Assembly (NCBI GenBank): GCA_019828565.1
Contig: JAHDYR010000064.1
Location: forward strand, 496,001 to 560,000
Direction: 5' to 3'
DNA from: Carpediemonas membranifera BICM
Lineage: Eukaryota > Protista > Fornicata
DNA length: 64,000 nucleotides
Shown here piece after piece: positions 9,817-19,733 of the stretch (its first letter is position 1; every line of letters starts with the position of its first letter). A program made the position numbers and the translations under genes. The notes beneath the pieces are model-generated. The model was not told the DNA's origin and did no database searches. It saw only the letters and a list, made by a program, of their open reading frames with translations.

Positions 9817-12800
9817 TCAGCGGCGGGGCTTGAAGTCAACCACCACGGCGTACCGGATGCGGACCTGATCCGTGTCGAACACGATGTATTCGTCGTAGAG
9901 CAGGTCATCCGCCGCCTTGTTCACCACGAGCTTGCCCGTGCCGATGGAGCTGGTGCGGCCGTTGTCGAGGGTGACCTCCGTGTGGCCGTCCTGCGGCACA
10001 ACCCACTTCCCGACGCCGCGGACCGAGTCACAGCCCTTGTCGAGCTCGGTCTTGTTCTCGATGTAGTGGGCGTGCTTGCAGTCCTTGGCGTTGCCTAGTG
10101 CCACTTCACACAGCAGCAGGACGCCCTTCTTGTTCTGGGCGGAGGGCCGGCAGTAGTTGGCGGCCTTCGTGACGCACTCTGCGGTGTAGACGCCCTTGCC
10201 GAACATGTAGCCGCTGGTCACGGCACAGGGCGGGGCCATGAGCAGGCCGTGCTCCATGATTCCGACGAGATTGGCCAGCCGGGACCCGTGCCAGAGCAGA
10301 CGGGTCGGTGCGAGGTCCGCCATGTCGTCCTTGCTGCAGACCCGGACGATCGAGTCGACCGACAGGCTATAGTCGTTGTGGGTCGGCCCGACCGTCTGGG
10401 CGATGGAGGTCCGAATGGCGGCCTCCACATCCGGGTCGATCTTGCTGCTGAGGCCAATGTCCAGGGCTGCATACTGCGTGTCTGCGATGTTGAGAGCCGG
10501 GTCGGGCTTGATAGCGGCCTGCTCGATGAGGGAGGCAGACCTGGCCATCTCGAGGAGGTCGTCGAGGAGGTCCGCCTCTGTCTTGACCGCCTCCATGGAC
10601 TTGATCAGCCTCGTAGAGTGTCGGTCCATGTTCCGCGGGATGATGGTGAAGTAGGCGTTGCACCTGAACTCCAGCTGGTGTGCCAGCGACCTCTTCGTCT
10701 CACCTTCCAGCTCACCGGCCGCCCTGGCCCTGTCGATCTCACCAACGATCGCCTCAATCGCCTTCAGAATCTCCATACCCTCGAGCACCTGGCTCTCGCT
10801 GAGCTGGCCGAGTGGCATGGCGGACATGTCGATCTCGTACTCGGCGAGGGCGACCTCGGAGAGCTTTGGGTTGAAGATGAGGTTGACGTATGCCTCGATG
10901 GCGGGATCCAGCTTGGAAGGTACCTTGCGGTACTCCGCGAGGTTGGTCTCGGCCTCCCGCTTGAACCCGACCTGCGCCGCGTAGTACTTGCCGGGCTTCT
11001 TGCTGAACTGGCCCGACATGAACTGATAGAAGTCGTTGCCGGTCTTGTCCATAAAGGTGCGACAGAACTCTAGCTTGGCGTCATCCAGGGTGGCGTGGGT
11101 GTGGGTTGTCGCCCGGTTGGGGTTCTGATCGTTGACCCGGCCCCATGAGATGTGGACGCAGTGACCGTCAGATGAAGTGTCATGCTCCAGAAGCTGCATC
11201 GAGTAGAATGAATTGGTGCCCTCCGAGAAGTTCGTCTTGTTGAGCATCACTGCCCATGTCCGCGGCTGTCCCTTGTACTTCCCGCAGTAGATGTGGTACT
11301 CGCCGCCCCTCCCCGCCTCGAAAAACGTCGGGTCGACTGGGACCTCCGCGCCGGCCTTGAGTGTGACCCGCTTAGGCCCTGCCGGTTTCTCTTCGGGTTC
11401 AGGTTCCGTCTTGCTGCGCTTGTCCGGGTTCGCGCTGATGAGGTCGTCGGGGATGGACTCGCTGACGGCGTTCAGGGCATTCTTCTGCATCGTGTGGACC
11501 ACGCGGGCCCGACAGTCGGCATGGAAGCTGGCGTCGGGGTTGAGCAGGTCGGCCTTCTCGATGAAGTGGGGCAGCGACCGGTCCGAGTCGAGAAAGGCGG
11601 TGAAGTCGTCCTCGGAGATGATCGCAATGTCCTTGTCGACCGCCTTCTTGGTGTTGCTCATCGACTCGACCTTGTCAAAGGACGGGCAGACGCACAGCGA
11701 CGTGGTCGTCACCTTCAGCGGGACGACGAAACCGCCGTCCGCCTCGACCTGCGAGGTGAGCACCTTACGGTTGGTCACCAGCTTGCCAATGAAGGTCACG
11801 GCCAGGCCAGACAACCGACTGGGCATGCACTTGGCGACTAGGGCATGGTCCTGGGGTAACACCGGGAAACGAGGGCCCAACGCCTTCTTCCGCTTGACTG
11901 GGTCAGGCTTGACCTGCTGGGGCTGGATGCCAGGCAGCGGGGCGCCGTACCCAGACCCTTGCGTCATGGCACCCATCATAGGGTAAGCGTCCTCGTCGTT
12001 GGGCTCGTCAAGGGCATCCGCGACCTCGTCGGCCAGCAGGAAGTCCGGCACGAAGTTGTCAGCGATCTTAGTCCGAGGATGGGGTGTGAATTCGTGCTCG
12101 TAAATCCAGTCGGGAATGAGGTTCGCCTTGAGGCCAGCCGGCCACACGAAGGGCTTCATCTCGGGGGTCAGCGTCCTGAACTTGCAGGAGCCCCACTCGT
12201 GGACGCCCGTGCAGCAGTACATGGTGTTGGCGGACACCAGGGGCTGGCCGCAGGAGGGGCATGGGGCCGGGACCCCGAAGAGGACAGCCTCGGCAATGAT
12301 CGGGATGAACACAGCCGCCGACCCCTTGTCGTGGGGAAGTCCGTTGATCTGGCAGATGTCCATGGCGTCGGCCTTCTTGAGCTCCATTGACGTCAGGAAG
12401 TCCCGGATTATTGCAAGCGAGAGCATCTGCGAGAGATAGTCCTCGGCGTCGGGCAGGATCCATGGCTCGTCAAGGTCCTGGTCGGCCGCTTCGTCCTGCC
12501 GTTTCTTCCAATCGGCTGCTTCCGGCTGTGGTGTGGCCTCAACGAGCTCCTTGAGCTTCAGAAAGTCGGCGGGGGCCAGCATGTTGGCGTTCATGAACTC
12601 TCCGACGCGGGGGTTCGCGCCAAGCCGCTTAGTTTCGCTCGTGCGCCACCTTGGAGAGATAAGGCACTTGGGGTGGTACCACATCTGCATCATGCCGTCG
12701 AAATGCCTCGAGGGGACGAGCTTGGCGACACGGAACTGGCCTTCACTGATACTGGACTTGCATCCTTTGCAAGACGCACGGCCTGACTTGGCGTATTCGG

Positions 12801-12837
12801 CCTCATATCTGAATTTGTCTCTTATTGCGGTGATCAT
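9817..12837 (-). CDS. PARP1: Poly(ADP-ribose) polymerase, PARP1-like
   Basis: zf-PARP (AEYAKSGRASCKGC...WYHPKC), PADR1 zinc motif, BRCT, WGR (WGRV), regulatory domain and catalytic LLWHGS / GYMFGKGVY / YDEYIVF. Start inferred at MITAIRD. Confidence 0.9.
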   Translation of the reverse strand: MITAIRDKFRYEAEYAKSGRASCKGCKSSISEGQFRVAKLVPSRHFDGMMQMWYHPKCLISPRWRTSETKRLGANPRVGEFMNANMLAPADFLKLKELVEATPQPEAADWKKRQDEAADQDLDEPWILPDAEDYLSQMLSLAIIRDFLTSMELKKADAMDICQINGLPHDKGSAAVFIPIIAEAVLFGVPAPCPSCGQPLVSANTMYCCTGVHEWGSCKFRTLTPEMKPFVWPAGLKANLIPDWIYEHEFTPHPRTKIADNFVPDFLLADEVADALDEPNDEDAYPMMGAMTQGSGYGAPLPGIQPQQVKPDPVKRKKALGPRFPVLPQDHALVAKCMPSRLSGLAVTFIGKLVTNRKVLTSQVEADGGFVVPLKVTTTSLCVCPSFDKVESMSNTKKAVDKDIAIISEDDFTAFLDSDRSLPHFIEKADLLNPDASFHADCRARVVHTMQKNALNAVSESIPDDLISANPDKRSKTEPEPEEKPAGPKRVTLKAGAEVPVDPTFFEAGRGGEYHIYCGKYKGQPRTWAVMLNKTNFSEGTNSFYSMQLLEHDTSSDGHCVHISWGRVNDQNPNRATTHTHATLDDAKLEFCRTFMDKTGNDFYQFMSGQFSKKPGKYYAAQVGFKREAETNLAEYRKVPSKLDPAIEAYVNLIFNPKLSEVALAEYEIDMSAMPLGQLSESQVLEGMEILKAIEAIVGEIDRARAAGELEGETKRSLAHQLEFRCNAYFTIIPRNMDRHSTRLIKSMEAVKTEADLLDDLLEMARSASLIEQAAIKPDPALNIADTQYAALDIGLSSKIDPDVEAAIRTSIAQTVGPTHNDYSLSVDSIVRVCSKDDMADLAPTRLLWHGSRLANLVGIMEHGLLMAPPCAVTSGYMFGKGVYTAECVTKAANYCRPSAQNKKGVLLLCEVALGNAKDCKHAHYIENKTELDKGCDSVRGVGKWVVPQDGHTEVTLDNGRTSSIGTGKLVVNKAADDLLYDEYIVFDTDQVRIRYAVVVDFKPRR

Positions 12838-13016
12838 GAGGCGTCGTTGTCTTTTGCAGTGTCTCTTCTGATGACCCTCCTCGAGTCGACGCTCGCATGG
12901 CACCCTGCCTCGGTAGCAGAAGTAGCCCTGGCATCGCCCATGGCCGTGCAGACGACATATGCTCACAATAGTTCGACACGATAGTTTAAACTGGCGAAAC
13001 GCACTGAGACCATTGC

Positions 13017-14042
13017 TCAGACATGGAGCATCTCCACCGTGTTCCCGTGGGTGATGCCGAGCCACTCGCTGTGAAGGTTGCTCCACCGGATCTGGTTGAC
13101 CGGCGACGAGGCGTTGTAGCTGAGCATGGCCTCGTTGATCTCGCCGTTGTTCTCCGAGCCCTGCCCGATATCCCAGATCAGCGCACGGGAGTCACTGCCG
13201 CACGACGCCACGTGGACACTGGACTGTGGCGCCCAGTCGACGCTGCTGAGGGCCGACCCGTGGCCGCTGAGACGGGCGAGGGGCATGGACGGCAGACGGG
13301 AGTCGATAATCGTGACGGAGTTGCCCTCGCTGCCGGTGACGGCGAGGTAGTTGTTGTCCTGCTTGTTCCAGGAGACCCGCAGCAAGGGCTCAGCGGCCTC
13401 GTGGATGATCGTCGAGTGCTCCAGCGAGCGGAGGTCGAAAATGCGCAGCGACCTGTCACCACCCACAGTGGCGAATGTCTTGGGATCCTTGTAGCTGAGT
13501 GTGACATCGTATACGTCGTTGTCGTGGGCGATGAGCTTGGCAATGGGCTTCTGCTCGACCAGGTCCCACGCGGTGCACGTGGTGTCCACAGACGAGACCA
13601 CGAGCAGGGAGAGGTCCAGTGTGGACCAGTCCAGGGAGGTCAGAGGGGCGCAGAACTCGGTCGACTTGTTGTGGTTCAGCGTGACCTTGTCGACGACCTT
13701 GCCCTTCTCGTTGGACCACGTCCACATCCTGAGGTAGTCGCCGCACGTGACGATGAGGTCCTTGTTGCTTGGATCGTCGCTGGGCATGAACATCACCTTC
13801 GTCGCAGGGTATGGATGATCGAAGCTCCCAACCTGCTTAATCTCCCGTGCCTGTTCATCCCACTGGATGACCTCTATGTAGTTCGTGTAGTCTTCCTCAA
13901 ATGTGCCCACGGCCATGCGATATGGCTGGTCGCTCCTTTGAGACCATGAGCAGGCGTACACAGCCGGAGCTTTTGATACATATCTTCTAAGCACGGATGT
14001 GTCGTTGTTTCCACCGACCTTGATGTTCTGTTCGCTGTCCAT
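13017..14042 (-). CDS. DCAF7: WD40 protein, DCAF7/WDR68/AN11 family
   Basis: FDHPYPATKVMF, GDYLRMW, EFCAPLTSLDW, LIAHDNDVYD and RIFDLRSLEHSTIIHE; start inferred at MDSEQ. Confidence 0.9.
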   Translation of the reverse strand: MDSEQNIKVGGNNDTSVLRRYVSKAPAVYACSWSQRSDQPYRMAVGTFEEDYTNYIEVIQWDEQAREIKQVGSFDHPYPATKVMFMPSDDPSNKDLIVTCGDYLRMWTWSNEKGKVVDKVTLNHNKSTEFCAPLTSLDWSTLDLSLLVVSSVDTTCTAWDLVEQKPIAKLIAHDNDVYDVTLSYKDPKTFATVGGDRSLRIFDLRSLEHSTIIHEAAEPLLRVSWNKQDNNYLAVTGSEGNSVTIIDSRLPSMPLARLSGHGSALSSVDWAPQSSVHVASCGSDSRALIWDIGQGSENNGEINEAMLSYNASSPVNQIRWSNLHSEWLGITHGNTVEMLHV

Positions 14043-14243
14043 TTGGATGGACGAGTCGCGCGAATTTGAAGTTCCCGTAAACTGCACCTCGGAAGCCGAT
14101 ACCGACGCAGGAGCATAGCAGCAAGTAGTAGCATGAGCATTGCCCCCCAGACAGTGGGTAGCAGCCTTGGCCTGTCAGCAAAACATGGTTTTTAAATCTG
14201 GGAACATTGGCAGCTGGGACCGCCACAGGGCCTGCCGAATAAT

Positions 14244-15715
14244 TTACACCTTGGCGCACACGAGCTTGTGCTTCTTCCAGTCGGCCTTCTGGCACTCCCG
14301 CGAGCAGTACATGACCTTTTTGCACCGCGAGCACCGCAGCAGCTTGCCGCTGATGCCCTCGGTGCTGCCGCAGCATGCGCATCGGTCGACCTCGGCAACC
14401 GAGGAGAAGTCCTCGCCGCCGTAGAGCTGACCGAGCGCCTTGAGGTCGTCGTTGTGGCTGATCGCCTTCAGATTCGCCTCGACCTTCGCGGCGAGCTTCT
14501 CTGCGGTGAAGGGGCCGAGCTCCTCCTCGAACTCCTCGAGCAGCGCCTTGCGCGCAGTCATGACGTCGATCTCATGGATCTGGAAGAAGCTGTCGCGCGG
14601 CTTGGCCTGAGGCAGATTGCTCTGCATCTCGAGCGCGGTCAGCTGCGTCTTCACGTCGCGCATCGCCTCGATCTTCTGGATGACGCGGGGCGTGAGGAGG
14701 CTCTTGCCGATGTACACGAGCTCCTCCCTGTCGCGCTCGGTCATGTTGCCCTCGTTGAACCACTGCGACGCCGCGATCGCCCAGAGCACGAGCCACGCCT
14801 GCACCTCTGGCAGCGTGACCTCCTGCCGCTGTACCGCGCGGAGCTCGGTCCACTGGCCGGCCTGGAAGTGCTCATACGCCTTGCTCTGACCCTTGAACGT
14901 CATCTCGCGGCGCCACGGCTTCTTCTCAACGAGCGGGCGGACAAGCGAGAGAAGATGGCACTCCGCCATGAGGTGGCGCTTCAGCTCGAACTGGGCCGGC
15001 TGCGACATGGCCGTGGCCAGGTAGCGCAGCGCGGAAAGGGCGCACATGGCGCACTCGAATCGGGTCTCCTTCACCATGCGAGCCAGCTGGACACGCGGCG
15101 GCTCTGAGGGGTACAACTTGGCGTCCAGCCCGCTGTCGCCAGTGGTTGACCGCTTGCCGTGCAGGAAGTCGTTGTCGTCCCACTCGATTGTCCCAGACGC
15201 CAGCCATTGCACCTGAGCTACGGCCCAGTCCGCCAGCGAGATCAGGTCGGTCTTCTCGAGCGCGTCGAAGGCGCTTTGGTCGTCGAGCACGGCCTCGAGG
15301 AGGTTAGCGAGGCAGAGCTCATGGTAAAGCAGGAGGTAGATGCGCGTGACGGGCAGCGACGCCAGCTCCTTGCCGATCGCCTCTGACGTGCTGCTTAGCA
15401 CGTGGGCCCGGACCATCGCCGCAGCGGTGAGCTCGCGGATGAGGACGCCGAGCTTGCGGTAGCCTGAAGACTCGTGGACGAAATACCGCGTGACGAGCTC
15501 CTCGCGCTTCGCAACGACATCCTGATGGGCGCGGACATTCAAGCGCTGGATCCTCTCGTGCTGTGTCCACCAGTTGATGCTCCCCTCGGTCGTTTTAGAG
15601 CCATACTCTGTCAACTTGAACGCCCGCAGGTTTTTGATGATGCTGAGTAACAATCCCGCAGACATAACACGTACTCTTCCAGCTCGACCTCGCCAATAAC
15701 CTCTCCAAAGTCCAT
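14244..15715 (-). CDS. ZMYND10: ZMYND10 (BLU) axonemal dynein assembly factor, exons 15715-15675 and 15642-14244
   Basis: WWTQHERIQRLN, YLLLYHELCLANLLE, KKPW, EVQAWL and a C-terminal MYND finger (CACC...RCSRCKKVMYCSRECQKADWKKHK). Confidence 0.85.
15643..15674 (-). other. Spliceosomal intron, 32 nt
   Basis: GTACGT...GTTACTCAG; removal gives MDFGEVIGEVELEDIIKNLRAF. Confidence 0.75.
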
Positions 15716-15758
15716 GGCGGCTGTACTGGCAAGTCAATTTATGCCATAAAATGCACGG

Positions 15759-15844
15759 CAACGCAACCCCGGGTCTGGCAAGTGTGGCAGGAAGCGACTG
15801 ACCTATCCGGGTTTACTCCATATCAACATCGCCCTCCTCCTCGG
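15759..15844 (-). repeat. 86-bp copy of the Hsp110 3' end (EEEGDVDME* plus 3' flank)
   Basis: Identical to 46723-46808 except for one base. Confidence 0.95.
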
Positions 15845-16028
15845 CCTTGTCCCTGTGCTCGTGTCGTGGGCCATGCTGGTAGCCAGCGAATGCTTCCTGA
15901 TCAAGTTCTTTATGGCTATATCACGTCGCTGCCTGGGCCACGTTGGCCTCTGCGTCAACCGTAGATCCCTTCCTGGACAGCGCCTCGTCCTCGGCCCGCG
16001 AGCCGCCGACCAGTGGGCGGCATGAGCA

Positions 16029-17750
16029 TCAACCCGTGTACAAGTGGCGGGACCCGTTGATCTCGACAGACACCAGCACCACGCCGTCAGGCTCCGCGGC
16101 GCACTGGAACTCTGTCTCGACCGTCCCATGGCCCAAAAGCTGCACGTGGCGCTTGACGGAGCCCAGCGGGGGACACACCGACGTCAGCCTCGGATCCCCG
16201 TCACCAGGCAGCATCTGCACCGGCGTCGCCATCAGCGAGTGGGCGTCTGCCGTGGCTTGCAGGGGCGACTCTGGTCTGCTGAAGTCGGGCGAGGACACGC
16301 CCGAGTCCGACCCCAGCAGCGCGGAGAAGTCCATCGTGGGCACCGCCATGCCGGCCCGGGGCGTCGTAGCGGAGGCCTCGGCTTCGCTTGAAGGAACCCG
16401 CCACAGCAGCTCGATGCACGCCTTCTGCGCCATGATAGTCGTGTTCCGCAGCGCCACGGTCACTGGGAACACGTCTGTGCCCGCACCCCGCCGGATGGCG
16501 ACGTCCACCGCCTCCCTGTCCGAGGCAGACTTCTCGGGCGGGGTGACAGGCCCTGAGGCGACGTACACGCCGCACGGCCGCACCCGGTCGCCGTCGTGGA
16601 ATGTGACGACGAACCGCACCGTCAGCTGGCACGTCGCCTCCTCGTCGAGCGGCACCACAGGTCGGGTGACGCCGTCGTCCTCGGGGATGGAGAAGTGCCC
16701 GAGTCTGAGGGCAACGGTCGTCATGTTGACAACGGCGTTCCTCGTGTCCGGGGTGGCAACCGACGACGCGGTTGTCAACGATGCGAGGGCGTCAGCGGTC
16801 GACATTGCGAAGCTGAGCGTGGTGGACTCCGACGCCCGCAGGTTCCTCTGCCAGGGTTGGTCAGGGCGGACGGCCGTGGAGCCATCCCGGGACACGATGC
16901 AGATGTCGTCGATCGAGATCTCGGCGGGGAACTCGCCAATGATGGGCAGGTTGTTGGCGAGAGTGACCACGATGGGGTCGACGCTGACCTGGCTCAGCAG
17001 CACAGGCATGGCCAGCTCGACTGGCCGCTTGGCCTCCAGCTGCAGGTCGAAGATGCTCATGCGCTCCTGAACCTCATGGATGTCCGCGTTGAACGACGAG
17101 TATGCCCGCTGGGGGATCCTGGCGATGTAGGGCAGGAGCGTGCGGGGCATCAGGTCCAGCTCGTCGGACGTCGCGGGGGCCCAGCCCGGCGGCTTAGCGG
17201 CCTCGGGGCACGAGATGATCCGTATCGACGCCCGCACGGCACCGAGCACGGCCGGCTGGAGGGCGGACGCCGCTGCCAGGGGGTAGAGGGCGTACAGCGT
17301 CCCGTCAATGTGGCGCAGGGCAACAGGCTGGGTGTTCTCGACAATGCCCTTGTCCTTGGCGGCCTGCTCGGCCTGCGCGTCCTTGCTATCGACGAGGGAC
17401 GACGAGAACTGGGCCGGTGTGCGGGAGCTGGAGGACTCGATGGCGAAGCGCGTCGTCATCGCGATGTTGGCGGGATCAATGTCGTATCTGTCGGGGAAAT
17501 GGATGGCAAGGATCACCAGAACGGTCTCTCCGATGATGATAAACGGCCGGGAGATCCGCGCGGGCGTCAGGCCGAGCGATATGGCCTCATGGTGCTCGTC
17601 CAGGAATGAATCCATCGGAAAGTCCCCGGGATCTGTTGGAATGGCCGGGATAAAGATCTCTGCCGTCGGTTGCTCTGTCATCGGTTGGCTTGCATCATAA
17701 GCCGATCGGGTCTGGACGAGGTGGGGCGTCAGCCGCACGTGCTGTGCCAT
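16029..17750 (-). CDS. Hypothetical protein, possibly TRAPPC14/Trs65-like
   Basis: 573-aa ORF; RPFIIIGETVLVILAI resembles the TRAPPC14 N-terminal 'YLGETVRFLLVL' motif. The true start may be MTEQP at 17681. Confidence 0.55.
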   Translation of the reverse strand: MAQHVRLTPHLVQTRSAYDASQPMTEQPTAEIFIPAIPTDPGDFPMDSFLDEHHEAISLGLTPARISRPFIIIGETVLVILAIHFPDRYDIDPANIAMTTRFAIESSSSRTPAQFSSSLVDSKDAQAEQAAKDKGIVENTQPVALRHIDGTLYALYPLAAASALQPAVLGAVRASIRIISCPEAAKPPGWAPATSDELDLMPRTLLPYIARIPQRAYSSFNADIHEVQERMSIFDLQLEAKRPVELAMPVLLSQVSVDPIVVTLANNLPIIGEFPAEISIDDICIVSRDGSTAVRPDQPWQRNLRASESTTLSFAMSTADALASLTTASSVATPDTRNAVVNMTTVALRLGHFSIPEDDGVTRPVVPLDEEATCQLTVRFVVTFHDGDRVRPCGVYVASGPVTPPEKSASDREAVDVAIRRGAGTDVFPVTVALRNTTIMAQKACIELLWRVPSSEAEASATTPRAGMAVPTMDFSALLGSDSGVSSPDFSRPESPLQATADAHSLMATPVQMLPGDGDPRLTSVCPPLGSVKRHVQLLGHGTVETEFQCAAEPDGVVLVSVEINGSRHLYTG

Positions 17751-17954
17751 GAGGCTAGCCAGTACGCATTGCGGGCTGGGGTTGCGGTTGGCTCGAAGGC
17801 TGGCTCGATGACAGCGGATTCATGCCAGTTCTGGGATCGATATCTGCCTCCGCACTCACTATACCCTCCACTTGCCGTCTGCACGACTGCCGGGCGAGCT
17901 GTCGGCCGCGGGTGCAAAACTGCGCGATATTGGCAGAAGAATTTTGTCCAGGAA

Positions 17955-19544
17955 ATGGCGCCAACCAGCAGCGCGAAGAGCGAGGACGTTCGGACAACTA
18001 ATATTGCCGCCGCGGAAGAGGTTCTATCCGCGATTAGAACGTCTCTCGGCCCCAGAGGCATGGACAAGATGGTGATCACCGGAAAGGGCGACGTGCTGAT
18101 CTCGAACGACGGCGCGACGATCATGAAGGAGCTTGAGGCGCGCCACCCGGCGGCCCGTCTCCTCATCGAGCTCTCGAAGGCTCAGGATGTCGAGGCTGGC
18201 GACGGCACCACGTCTGTTGTCGTCATGTGCTGCTCACTGCTGCACGAGTGCCCGAACCTGCTGAAGATGGGCCTGCACCCGTCGGTCATCTCTCGCGGCT
18301 ACGGCAAGGCCGCGGCGAAGGCGGAGGAGATCCTCGACTCGATGAGCATTGATCTGGACCTGGACCCGTCCAACGTCCGCAAGACCCTCATCACTGCCGC
18401 CAAGACGTCGCTGTCGTCGAAGGTCGTGAGCCAGTACAGCAAGTGGCTCGCGCCTATCGCCGTCGACGCTGTCTCGGCCATCTGCGACCCGCTTAACGAC
18501 GACAACGTCAACCTCGACGACATCCGCGTGGTCAAGCTTGCGGGCGACACAATCGACCGGACGGAGCTCATCAAGGGCCTCTGCTTCCCCCGCAAGGTGT
18601 CGCACGTCGCCAACGGCCCGACGTCGATCAGCAACGCCAAGATCGCGTTCATCCAGTTCTGCCTCTCGGCGCCCAAGACGACGATGGACTCGTCTGTGGT
18701 CGTCTCGGACTACCAGCAGATGGACCGCCTGATCCGCGAGGAACGGCGCTACATCCTGACGATGTGCAAGAAGATCAAGGCGTCTGGCTGCAACGTCGTC
18801 CTGATCCAGAAGAGCATCCTGCGTGACGCAGTCTCCGAGATCGCGCTCGCGTTTCTCGCCAAGATGGGCATCATGGTGGTGCGCAACATCGAGCGCGAAG
18901 ACGCCTCGTTCGTCTGCCGCACCGTCGGCTGCAAGCCCATCGCGTCGATCGAGCACTTCACCGCCGACAAGCTCGGCCACGCCTTCATCGCGGAGGAGAT
19001 CGAGCTTTCTGGCAAGCGCATGGTCCGCGTCATCCGTGACGATCCCGCCCTGCCCCAGCCCGAGCACAGCGCGAAGACCATCACCGTCCTCGTGCGCGGC
19101 GTCAATAAGCTGATCCTCGACGAGGCTGACCGCTCGCTGCATGACGCGCTGTGCGTCATCCGCTCGCTCGTGAAGAAGAAGAAGCAGCTCCCCGGCGGTG
19201 GCGCCGCGGAGATCGAGCTCGCGATGCGCCTCGACGAGTACGCGCAGACGCTCAGCGGCCTCGAGAGCTACGTCGTCAAGGCGTACGCTAACGCCTTCGA
19301 GCTGATCCCATACACGCTCGCCGAGAACGCCGGGCTGAACCCCATCGCGACTGTCACCAAGCTGCGCTCGGAGCACAACAAGGGCGTGACGATGGCCGGC
19401 ATCCACGTCAAGAAGGGCGACATCCTCGACATGCGGGCCAAGAAGGTCATCCAGCCGACACTGGTGACGTCGTCGGCCGTCAAGCTCGCCACGGAAACTG
19501 CCCAGATGATCTTGAAGATCTCCGATATTGTCGCTGCAAGGTAA
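17955..19544 (+). CDS. CCT4: Chaperonin CCT/TRiC subunit delta, copy A
   Basis: RTSLGPRGMDKM, GDGTTSVVV, IQFCLSAPKT, MDRLIREERRYIL and VLIQKSILRDAVS (delta-specific). Confidence 0.95.
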   Translation: MAPTSSAKSEDVRTTNIAAAEEVLSAIRTSLGPRGMDKMVITGKGDVLISNDGATIMKELEARHPAARLLIELSKAQDVEAGDGTTSVVVMCCSLLHECPNLLKMGLHPSVISRGYGKAAAKAEEILDSMSIDLDLDPSNVRKTLITAAKTSLSSKVVSQYSKWLAPIAVDAVSAICDPLNDDNVNLDDIRVVKLAGDTIDRTELIKGLCFPRKVSHVANGPTSISNAKIAFIQFCLSAPKTTMDSSVVVSDYQQMDRLIREERRYILTMCKKIKASGCNVVLIQKSILRDAVSEIALAFLAKMGIMVVRNIEREDASFVCRTVGCKPIASIEHFTADKLGHAFIAEEIELSGKRMVRVIRDDPALPQPEHSAKTITVLVRGVNKLILDEADRSLHDALCVIRSLVKKKKQLPGGGAAEIELAMRLDEYAQTLSGLESYVVKAYANAFELIPYTLAENAGLNPIATVTKLRSEHNKGVTMAGIHVKKGDILDMRAKKVIQPTLVTSSAVKLATETAQMILKISDIVAAR

Positions 19545-19733
19545 ATAGCTCACACTTTATTGAAACCGCTGGTGATGCCAAGTCGCTTGACTGGTTTGCC
19601 AGGCAGTTGACAAGACGCCACCAGCTTGGTAACCTTGACACTGGCACACTGGCTGCGTGTGCGCGTCGGGCTATGGGCTGGGGGTGACTGGTTGTCGTTT
19701 TGATCCAATCAAATACCGCAGGTTAGGTCATAA

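Noticed and set aside
12838-13086. N-terminal extensions in the ORF track (PARP, CCT4, ZMYND10, CPSF73, NAA15, WD40 gene)
   Set aside because: They use bacterial-style starts or read through introns and overlap neighbouring genes. Conserved domains begin at downstream ATGs or spliced exons.
18234-19553. Long antisense ORFs (439 aa here; also 46894-49011, 50999-52465 and others)
   Set aside because: These are shadow frames of GC3-rich real genes and show no protein motifs.
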